Assembly: GCA_946407495.1 (NCBI GenBank) | Contig: CAMJOB010000004.1 | Span: forward strand, 1 to 58,975 | DNA length: 58,975 bases | From: an uncultured Bacillota bacterium | GTDB lineage: Bacteria > Bacillota_I > Bacilli_A > RF39 > UBA660 | Reading direction: 5' to 3' | In this document: in pieces, positions 48,805 through 55,845 of the stretch | How positions within the stretch are numbered: position 1 is the stretch's first letter | How the letters are laid out: the number at the start of each line of letters is the position of its first letter | Notes under the pieces: generated by a model | The model's input: only the letters and a program-made list of their open reading frames with translations | The model's database searches: none | What the model was told of the DNA's origin: nothing | Position numbers and translations under genes: made by a program

Positions 48805-48933
48805 ATTTCGATAAGGACTTACTCGGACATTTGCCTTATCATAAATTGACATTCAGCTATCGCGTCGCTACACAGTCCTTTTTTGGCGACACTAACACAC
48901 TCTTACTTAGCTAGTAAGTGCTATACCCAATTC

Positions 48934-49302
48934 TTATCCTATTTCTTGAAATTCAAATTTAGCACCACATGAACATACCATTACACCCGCAACACCTAAT
49001 GGAGTTGGATAAAAATGGTAACTAAATCCTTTTTCTTTACAAGTTTTATAATGTTCAGCTACCCATTTGTCAATAGCTTCTTTTTCTTCTTTACTTATAG
49101 GAAAACCTCTATAATAATCTTCCTTAAGTCGTTTATTTTCTTCTCTTAATTTAGAAACATAACCTATTTCATAAGTTTTATTTCTATGTTCTTCATTTTC
49201 TTTTTCAACACGTTCTTTATGTAACTTAAGCCATTCATACTTATTTTTAAGCATTTCAAGTAATTCATCAAACGTGTATTGATTAAAAAATATATTATCC
49301 AT
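48934..49302 (-). CDS. Hypothetical protein
   Basis: ORF track; FYPTPLG..CSCG. Confidence 0.7.
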   Translation of the reverse strand: MDNIFFNQYTFDELLEMLKNKYEWLKLHKERVEKENEEHRNKTYEIGYVSKLREENKRLKEDYYRGFPISKEEKEAIDKWVAEHYKTCKEKGFSYHFYPTPLGVAGVMVCSCGAKFEFQEIG

Positions 49303-49306
49303 TTAA

Positions 49307-49732
49307 TTAAAGTTTTCCAAGATCCATATATTCTAATGTATCATTATATTCAATATTATCTTTAAGATAATAAGCAGTCATATACACTGTTGATTGTTGA
49401 TGATAAAAATGTAGTTGAATTATATTATCGTACTTGAATGGTAAAGTATACCTTAATCGATCAGATATAGTAAGTTGTGGTAACTTATCTGCATTTGAAT
49501 CAATTACATTTGTATCAAGTATATTTGTACCAAGTAATTTAGGTATTTGAATATCATTATATTCTACAACTTGCATCTTTGGTTTTTCCCACGGATATTT
49601 TGCTTCATATATTGCAGCAAAACTTGTTGTAGCAAATCGTATCTGTGTAGCATCTTTATGCTTAATTAATATAAGACTTTCTAAATTACTATCAACAGTT
49701 ACTTTGAACTCATCTTCTTCAAAAATTTTCAT
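49307..49732 (-). CDS. Hypothetical protein
   Basis: ORF track. Confidence 0.65.
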   Translation of the reverse strand: MKIFEEDEFKVTVDSNLESLILIKHKDATQIRFATTSFAAIYEAKYPWEKPKMQVVEYNDIQIPKLLGTNILDTNVIDSNADKLPQLTISDRLRYTLPFKYDNIIQLHFYHQQSTVYMTAYYLKDNIEYNDTLEYMDLGKL

Positions 49733-49754
49733 AATTATTTATTTTATATTAAAG

Positions 49755-49828
49755 TGGACCCCCTCAGGGTTGAACTGAGACTCTCACAGCTTATGAGGCT
49801 GGTGTTTTAACCTTTAAACTAGAAGTCC
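49755..49828 (-). tRNA. tRNA with CAU anticodon (Met or Ile2)
   Basis: Cloverleaf; loop CUCAUAA. Confidence 0.85.
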
Positions 49829-49951
49829 TTATTCCCATCTATACGTACTTCCCCAGCTGAGGGAACGATGGGAACTTTCTATTTGTGCGTCCGTCGGCTT
49901 TACCATCTTTACGGTAGGTCTGCGCAGTGCCGCTGCCACAAATATACAATT

Positions 49952-50161
49952 TTATTCTGATTTTGTTGTATGGGTTTTAAAGGCTGAGCCTATAATACTA
50001 AGTAACACACTACAACCAAATGCTTGCCAATATGTTAGAATTGGAGCAGTCTTCCAAAACAATGGAGCTAACCAATTCCATAATGTTTGAAGACACCATG
50101 CTTCAAAAAAACTTAACGCAATAATTACTACGATAAGTAAAAAACATCCTAATTTACTCAT
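49952..50161 (-). CDS. Small membrane protein
   Basis: LWNWL.P..LTYWQAFG motif. Confidence 0.7.
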   Translation of the reverse strand: MSKLGCFLLIVVIIALSFFEAWCLQTLWNWLAPLFWKTAPILTYWQAFGCSVLLSIIGSAFKTHTTKSE

Positions 50162-50413
50162 TTTTATTAATTTAAGTTTGTATAAACAAAAAATGCTTAG
50201 CTTCTAATGGCTAAACATTCTTCGATTTCCTTCTTTCGACTGAAAGATGAACTCAATTTTCAAAAAATTTGGAATAAAGCCAACAAATAGGAGCAAATAT
50301 AATTGATACTATTCCTGTGAATATTACTCCAATAAAAGCCGCTATTATTATAAATAAACTTATAATAGGCGATAAAATAAAAAGTATAGCTTTCATAATT
50401 TTTTATTTTTTAA

Positions 50414-50536
50414 CAGAATACTATAAAAAATTCGCGTTCTACCACTGAACTACACTACCTGTTACAGTAGAGAAGGGAATCGAACCCATGTTACGGCATT
50501 ACAAGTGCTAATTTAATAATTTGCTGTGAGTATTCT
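50414..50536 (-). ncRNA. YACAGCAAA element 5 with permuted tRNA domain
   Basis: AGAAUACU-CACAGCAAA...anticodon, T, closed acceptor and D arms...AGUAUUCU-G. Confidence 0.85.
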
Positions 50537-50556
50537 TTTTACTTATATTTTAATTT

Positions 50557-50985
50557 TTATTTAATTCCAATAATGGTATCGAAATCAAAATCATCCATAA
50601 TGTGAATATTTTTAGTTTGTCCATTTAAAGGAGGTGACAATCTAATAGTCATACTTTTTTGACTTCCAATTTCTTTAATAGGAATTAAAATAACTTTATC
50701 TAAAGGAACTATATAACAAGCAATATAATCAACATCATTTTCATATGTTGTATAATGTTTATTAGTTGTATGATTAGTACTACTTGCACATGGACATTCT
50801 ACTGAATTATATTTAGTAATTTGTCCACAATATTTAATCTGAATTTTATTTAATTTACCATTAAACTCTGCTATTAAATCATATCTTGCAGAATCTCCAA
50901 AAGGTAAACAACACTGTATACCTCTTTTAGTAAATTCAGCTAATACAATAGCTTCACCAATATTTCCTTTTTCTTTCGTTATCAT
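50557..50985 (-). CDS. Free-standing PD-(D/E)XK homing endonuclease (I-Ssp6803I-like)
   Basis: TKEKGNIGE..PFGD..RYDLI..KIQIK..Y..DVDY. Confidence 0.85.
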   Translation of the reverse strand: MITKEKGNIGEAIVLAEFTKRGIQCCLPFGDSARYDLIAEFNGKLNKIQIKYCGQITKYNSVECPCASSTNHTTNKHYTTYENDVDYIACYIVPLDKVILIPIKEIGSQKSMTIRLSPPLNGQTKNIHIMDDFDFDTIIGIK

Positions 50986-50989
50986 TTTG

Positions 50990-51062
50990 TACTTCCACTG
51001 AGAGTTGAACTCAGATAACCCAAATTAAAAGTTTGGTGCTCTACCAATTAAGCTATGGAAGC
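50990..51062 (-). tRNA. tRNA-Lys(UUU)
   Basis: Cloverleaf; loop CUUUUAA. Confidence 0.92.
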
Positions 51063-51141
51063 TAAATAAATTAAATTAAACAAATTATAATCAAATTAGC
51101 GTTACCCAGACACACCACGTGGAGGTTTTGATTATGTGTCC

Positions 51142-51212
51142 TTGCGGTAGTGGGAATTGAACCCCTCTTTAAGGTTATGAGCCTTATGTGCGACCATCAC
51201 ACTGCTACCGCG
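51142..51212 (-). tRNA. tRNA-Met(CAU), initiator-like 5' end, short T stem
   Basis: CGCGG 5' end with C.A mismatch; loop CUCAUAA. Confidence 0.75.
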
Positions 51213-51216
51213 ATAT

Positions 51217-51387
51217 TTAGTCTAATATTTGTATTTTACTTTTATGTAATGCTACAACAATCGGTCCTACCATTACATTATAAATGTCACCATTTATTTC
51301 TTCTACTCTACCAACCATTCCTTTAAGATAAGGAATATTGCAATTGAGTACTTTCACTCTTTGTCTTGTATCTTTTTTATAAGCCAT
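51217..51387 (-). CDS. Small KOW/SH3-like protein
   Basis: Start moved out of tRNA-Trp; VKVL..YLKGMVGRVEEI. Confidence 0.6.
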   Translation of the reverse strand: MAYKKDTRQRVKVLNCNIPYLKGMVGRVEEINGDIYNVMVGPIVVALHKSKIQILD

Positions 51388-51401
51388 AATTAATTTATTA
51401 G

Positions 51402-51473
51402 CAGGTCTTAGTGGAATCAAACCACTCTCTTTGGTTTTGGAGACCAATGTTCTAGTCGATGAACTAAAGACCA
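51402..51473 (-). tRNA. tRNA-Trp(CCA)
   Basis: Cloverleaf; loop CUCCAAA; G73. Confidence 0.88.
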
Positions 51474-51479
51474 ATGTTA

Positions 51480-51582
51480 CAGAAAGCAAAATATCAGTTT
51501 AATTTAACCGCTATTCTTCTAAATCTTTAATGAGTTCTATTTTTAATTACAATGAAAAAAGTAAATTTGCTGTATGCTTTCT
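51480..51582 (-). ncRNA. YACAGCAAA element 6
   Basis: AGAAAGCA-UACAGCAAA...UGCUUUCU-G. Confidence 0.8.
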
Positions 51583-51620
51583 TTCCAATTATGAATAATT
51601 TTTTTAAAATTATCTCAAAG

Positions 51621-51691
51621 AGGGCAGTACCTGAGTCAAACAGGTCTAATTGGTTTTGCAGACCAATATATAATCGCTCTAACAACTACCC
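51621..51691 (-). tRNA. tRNA-Cys(GCA)
   Basis: Loop CUGCAAA; U73. Confidence 0.85.
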
Positions 51692-51694
51692 AAG

Positions 51695-51877
51695 TTATGA
51701 TAAAAAGTCTCTAATTTCCATTAAAGAAAGAATCTCTTTCTTTCTATTATTAAACAATCTGTTACCTTTACACCACGGACAATCTCCATGATTTCTACAA
51801 CGATATGAAACGTTTTTTGCACCTCTATATTGTTTTCGGTGCTCTTTTCCTGATTGAATAGCTTTATCAAAACTCAT
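51695..51877 (-). CDS. Small basic Cys/His protein
   Basis: MSFDKAI.SGKEHRK..CRNHGDCPWC. Confidence 0.7.
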   Translation of the reverse strand: MSFDKAIQSGKEHRKQYRGAKNVSYRCRNHGDCPWCKGNRLFNNRKKEILSLMEIRDFLS

Positions 51878-51896
51878 AGTAATTAATTTTAATAAG

Positions 51897-51980
51897 TGCA
51901 GATAAAGGGACTCGAACCCATACGTATATTTCAACACTAGATCCTAAGTCTAGCGCGACTGCCAATTTCGCCATATCTGC
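51897..51980 (-). tRNA. tRNA-Leu(UAG)
   Basis: Class II; loop CUUAGGA. Confidence 0.9.
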
Positions 51981-51992
51981 AAATAATAATTG

Positions 51993-52065
51993 AGCAGCGT
52001 AAGAGATTCAAACTCTCGCCTTTGGAGTGGAAGTCCAATATGCTAATCACTAACACCAACGCTGC
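51993..52065 (-). tRNA. tRNA-Gly(UCC)
   Basis: Loop CUUCCAC; U73. Confidence 0.88.
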
Positions 52066-52070
52066 AAATT

Positions 52071-52153
52071 CGGAATACTGATGGATTTGAACCATTTAAA
52101 ACAATATAATCAGTATTATTTATTAACCATAAAATATTTGCTGTAAGTATTCC
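52071..52153 (-). ncRNA. YACAGCAAA element 7 with cloverleaf-like insert
   Basis: GGAAUACU-UACAGCAAA..D-like, CUGAUUA loop, T arm..AGUAUUCC-G. Confidence 0.85.
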
Positions 52154-52187
52154 TTTAAATTTTTTAACATGAAAACTAAAATCACAG

Positions 52188-52258
52188 CGGTCTATAAGGG
52201 AGTCGAACCCTTGCTTCAAGAGAGACAGTCTAGCGTCCTACCGTTAAACGAATAGACC
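52188..52258 (-). tRNA. tRNA-Asp(GUC)
   Basis: Loop CUGUCUC; G73. Confidence 0.88.
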
Positions 52259-52262
52259 AATT

Positions 52263-52342
52263 CAGAATAGTATATTATAATGCTTTTTACATGTCTTTTT
52301 TCTTAAGTTTAAATAATTATAAAATTTTGCTGTGACTATTCT
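52263..52342 (-). ncRNA. YACAGCAAA element 8
   Basis: AGAAUAGU-CACAGCAAA...ACUAUUCU-G. Confidence 0.8.
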
Positions 52343-52376
52343 TTACCTTTAGGTTAAATTCATATGAAACATAATA

Positions 52377-53132
52377 TTAAAATTTAAATGTTCTACACGA
52401 GAACAATTTATTTTTATAATCAACTTCTACAAAATGTTTATTATATTTCTCATTAATAAACTTTGCAGCTTTCTTAAAAATAAATTGATCAGAATAATAC
52501 TTTGGATTATTGTCAGTTATTATAATTTTAAAACAAACATCTATTAATTCTTTAATGTCTTCCTTTTTACCAAAGTAAACACCAGAATTTATAAAATGTT
52601 TATCTTTTATATCACTCAAACTTTCAATGTTTGATGTTTCAAAGTATTCTTTAACATAACCTGGAGATTTTTCAGTAGGATAATACATCTTGAAGAAGAA
52701 AGGATAATCATATTCATCTTTATTAAATAAGACATTACAATTATAACTATTAAATCTTTCAAGAATTTCGTTAAAAGAAATATCTACATTTAATACTGTA
52801 TCTCCAGAATCTATAAATAATATATAATCATTTAATAAATCATACTTTTCATCAAGAATTTTTTTAAAATATAATATTTTTTTAATATTTAAAGCATAAT
52901 TAACATTTTCATATATATTTATAGAATTTATGTTATTCTCATTTATATATTTAAGTAATGTTTTAGAAAATGGATAATTATCTGTTGATCCATAAACTAA
53001 AGTAACATTATCATTAAATTCTGTCAATTTATCTGAATTTATTTTAGCTTTAACAACAGTTCCGTAAAAATATTTTACAAGTTGTTGTGCTTTTAATTTC
53101 ATTCCCGCAAAATGGTGAACTAATGTATTCAT
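52377..53132 (-). CDS. Glycosyltransferase, GT-A (PLOD GT-domain-like)
   Basis: LFIDSGD, FINSGVYFG, SDQ motifs. Confidence 0.7.
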   Translation of the reverse strand: MNTLVHHFAGMKLKAQQLVKYFYGTVVKAKINSDKLTEFNDNVTLVYGSTDNYPFSKTLLKYINENNINSINIYENVNYALNIKKILYFKKILDEKYDLLNDYILFIDSGDTVLNVDISFNEILERFNSYNCNVLFNKDEYDYPFFFKMYYPTEKSPGYVKEYFETSNIESLSDIKDKHFINSGVYFGKKEDIKELIDVCFKIIITDNNPKYYSDQFIFKKAAKFINEKYNKHFVEVDYKNKLFSCRTFKF

Positions 53133-53148
53133 AATAAAGATTTATTAG

Positions 53149-53231
53149 CGCACGGAGAGGGATTCGAACCCACGAAACATTTCTGTGGCAGGTTAACAGC
53201 CTGCTGCCGTTGACCACTTGGCTATCCGTAC
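53149..53231 (-). tRNA. tRNA-Asn(GUU) with long variable arm
   Basis: Loop CUGUUAA; G73; class II body. Confidence 0.85.
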
Positions 53232-53248
53232 TAATTTTAAAGGTAAAT

Positions 53249-53279
53249 CAAATATAAAATTTAATTTTTTAATTCCAAA
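53249..53279 (-). promoter_or_regulatory. Bacteroidota sigma-A type promoter
   Basis: TTTG-N19-TATATTTG upstream of tRNA-Asn. Confidence 0.7.
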
Positions 53280-53299
53280 ATAATTTTTGAAATTTTTTG

Positions 53300-53373
53300 T
53301 AGAGCTTGTTAGAATCGAACTAACGATCTTCTGGATGTAAGCCAGATGTTTTAGACCACTAAACTAAAGCTCT
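53300..53373 (-). tRNA. tRNA-Val(UAC)
   Basis: Cloverleaf; loop CUUACAU. Confidence 0.92.
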
Positions 53374-53422
53374 AAAATTAGTGTGTGCACCTTAAAAATA
53401 CTTTAAAATTATACTGAAAGAA

Positions 53423-53515
53423 CGAACGAGAAGCATAAGATTATTTCTCATAAGATACACACACGTTAAACTTAACTTTGATTAATGCTAAAAATTAATT
53501 TGCTGTGTCTCGTTC
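53423..53515 (-). ncRNA. YACAGCAAA element 9 (directly downstream of the TROVE-like gene)
   Basis: GAACGAGA-CACAGCAAA...UCUCGUUC-G. Confidence 0.8.
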
Positions 53516-53550
53516 TTAAAACCATGTTCTAAGTAAAGGGAATTAACCCT

Positions 53551-55257
53551 TTACTTAATTTTCTTTATCAATTCTTGATTAAGAGCAGCATCGAATAATT
53601 CTTTTGCTGTCTTAGGAATTGATGGTGTATATTTTGTTCCTGTTAGAAATGCAATTCCAGCAGGATCAAATCCGCTCATGTAATAGAAGTTAGGTCTATC
53701 TGCAATACCCTCAAACTTAGGATGTATATTCTTACCGTAGTAATATCCATTTGGAATATCCCAAAGAACAAGTTTAAAGTTATCTACAAACTTATCACTA
53801 AATCCTCCTTTACGAAGTATTTCAAGAAATTCTTCGAAGTCAGATTTGTCAGAAGGAGCTTCATCAAACTCTCCATCAGAAACACAAATTACTCCTGTTG
53901 GAAATTCTGATTCATTGTATCCTTTTCTTTTAAGGTCTACAAATAAATTAGCAATTGAAAGGAAATTTGTATTATCACATTCTCCTGATAGAGGTGTATT
54001 TCTCCACTTCTCAAATGGAGTATCTCCATTCCAAGTTCTAATTACAGTTTCTTCTGCGAACTCCAAGAATGTGTTAGCAAAATTACCTTTAAGTAATTCG
54101 CTGAAGTAAAGTGCCATACTTATAGCAACTTCTATACTTCTAACATCTGTTCCAATAGCTGGAGCTTTCATTGAGCCAGAAGTATCTACACATACAATGA
54201 AAGATGTTTCTGTATTCATGTCCTTCTTAGCTGTCTCAATCAAACTTTTAAACTGCTTATTTAAAGTAGATATTTGATAAGACTTCAAACGAGTTGGTTC
54301 TTGATAATATATACCAAACTTCAAGTCATTATAAAGACCTTTGAAAAGCTCATATGGATAACCTGTGAACTTAGCAACAGGTTGCTTTTCAAGCCACTGA
54401 TAATAAGCATTTACCAAATCGTGGTTCTCTAAGAATTTAGACTTGACAAGTTTACTAAGAGCACGTCCAGCAATAAGACTGAAATTAATCTCATTATATT
54501 TCTGTTGAGAAATCTTTTGTTCCCACGTATGTGCTTTACCAGAAGCCTTAAAGCTACGATAATCTGCATACGCTTTCTTCTTGTCTATATCTCCTCTTTT
54601 ATCCCATACTGCAATCAGTTTACCAATTATACTATTGGCTTGCTTTCGTGGAGTAGTACATTTTGAAGATGGATTGATTTTTGGCAAGTATTTCTTAATA
54701 AGATCTACTTGGTTTTCATTCTGGAAATTGTCTACAATGTACTGAATGACTGTTGTAAACAATCTACGAGTAAAACGATGTGCACCACGATAGTACAAAT
54801 CTGTACGTAACAATTCAAACAAATCGTTCCATGAACCAGCCGCTACAAAAATATCAAGATTTCTCTTAAACATTTTTGGATAATTCAGAGCAAAGAAATA
54901 CAATCTTCCAATGTATTCATGCTTTAAACCTTGTCCACGATGTACTCCAAGAGTTTTATCTTGGAAGAATGGAGCACGAGTAATTAGTCTTAAATAGACT
55001 GTTAGCCTCAGAGCTATAACAGGATCGATATTACACAATTTTTGTGTTGTGTAAAAAATATCATCCATTTCTCTTAGCTCTCTGTAATTAGCTAATTGAG
55101 CGAAGTCATCAAGGAAAATGTCACCTGTAGTTTTGTACTTGACACTTCCATTACCAGAAGTAGTTTGCACTTCTTTTTTAAACATTTCTTTTTCAAAAAT
55201 GTTCATGTCTTTTACAGACTTCTGTTTCTTTCCGTAAAGATTTTCTAACTTTTTCAT
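53551..55257 (-). CDS. TROVE/Ro60-like helical repeat + vWA protein (DUF2828-like)
   Basis: MIDAS VDTSGSM, TNF, VSDGEFD, MSGFDP; N-terminal helical region with LITR..RGQG, GSWNDL; start moved out of tRNA-Leu. Confidence 0.8.
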   Translation of the reverse strand: MKKLENLYGKKQKSVKDMNIFEKEMFKKEVQTTSGNGSVKYKTTGDIFLDDFAQLANYRELREMDDIFYTTQKLCNIDPVIALRLTVYLRLITRAPFFQDKTLGVHRGQGLKHEYIGRLYFFALNYPKMFKRNLDIFVAAGSWNDLFELLRTDLYYRGAHRFTRRLFTTVIQYIVDNFQNENQVDLIKKYLPKINPSSKCTTPRKQANSIIGKLIAVWDKRGDIDKKKAYADYRSFKASGKAHTWEQKISQQKYNEINFSLIAGRALSKLVKSKFLENHDLVNAYYQWLEKQPVAKFTGYPYELFKGLYNDLKFGIYYQEPTRLKSYQISTLNKQFKSLIETAKKDMNTETSFIVCVDTSGSMKAPAIGTDVRSIEVAISMALYFSELLKGNFANTFLEFAEETVIRTWNGDTPFEKWRNTPLSGECDNTNFLSIANLFVDLKRKGYNESEFPTGVICVSDGEFDEAPSDKSDFEEFLEILRKGGFSDKFVDNFKLVLWDIPNGYYYGKNIHPKFEGIADRPNFYYMSGFDPAGIAFLTGTKYTPSIPKTAKELFDAALNQELIKKIK

Positions 55258-55281
55258 AATTGTAAATAAATTTACTTTATG

Positions 55282-55368
55282 TACTGAAAGCGAGACTCGA
55301 ACTCGCACAACCATTACTGGTCAAGGGATTTTAAGTCCCTCGTGTCTACCTAATTCCACCATTTCAGC
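55282..55368 (-). tRNA. tRNA-Leu(UAA)
   Basis: Class II; loop CUUAAAA. Confidence 0.92.
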
Positions 55369-55375
55369 GAATTAG

Positions 55376-55462
55376 TACCTTTGGTGGGACTCGAACCCGA
55401 CACGAACCCTTCGGTTCATCAAATTTTAAGTCTGACGCGTATACCATTTTCGCCACAAAGGC
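55376..55462 (-). tRNA. tRNA-Leu(UAA), second divergent copy
   Basis: Class II; loop CUUAAAA. Confidence 0.9.
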
Positions 55463-55542
55463 ATATGATAACTTTACCGAAATAAAGTTATCAAATTTAG
55501 AATTAATTTTTTATTTTTAAAAACAAAAAATGTTAATTTTTG

Positions 55543-55845
55543 TTAATCTTCAGAATCTTCAGAGAAATCTGAATTCAACATTTCTTTTGCCTTCTTGATG
55601 TATGCAAGTTTCTGTTCCTCAACATCAAGATCCACAATGCACTGAACTAGCTTTGTTACAATCTCTTCACCAGAAGTTTCCGAGTCTACAGTATTCGCAA
55701 TTGATGCAAGTTTATCTTTTGCATCCAATACTGCTGTTTCTTGATTTGTAAGTGCACTTTCAATTGCTACTCCAATTTTTCTACGGAAAATTGCTTCTCT
55801 TGCTGACTTTGGCAAACCTTTTACTAAAATGTCAATTAGCTTCAT
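55543..55845 (-). CDS. Hypothetical protein
   Basis: ORF track. Confidence 0.7.
   Translation of the reverse strand: MKLIDILVKGLPKSAREAIFRRKIGVAIESALTNQETAVLDAKDKLASIANTVDSETSGEEIVTKLVQCIVDLDVEEQKLAYIKKAKEMLNSDFSEDSED

Noticed and set aside
43935-53515. YACAGCAAA repeats as a CRISPR array or simple terminators
   Set aside because: They are dispersed and irregularly spaced, the stems covary rather than repeat, there are no cas genes, and there is no 3' U-tract on the transcribed strand
55258-55314. N-terminal extension of the TROVE-like ORF
   Set aside because: It lies within tRNA-Leu; the ATG at 55257 is more plausible
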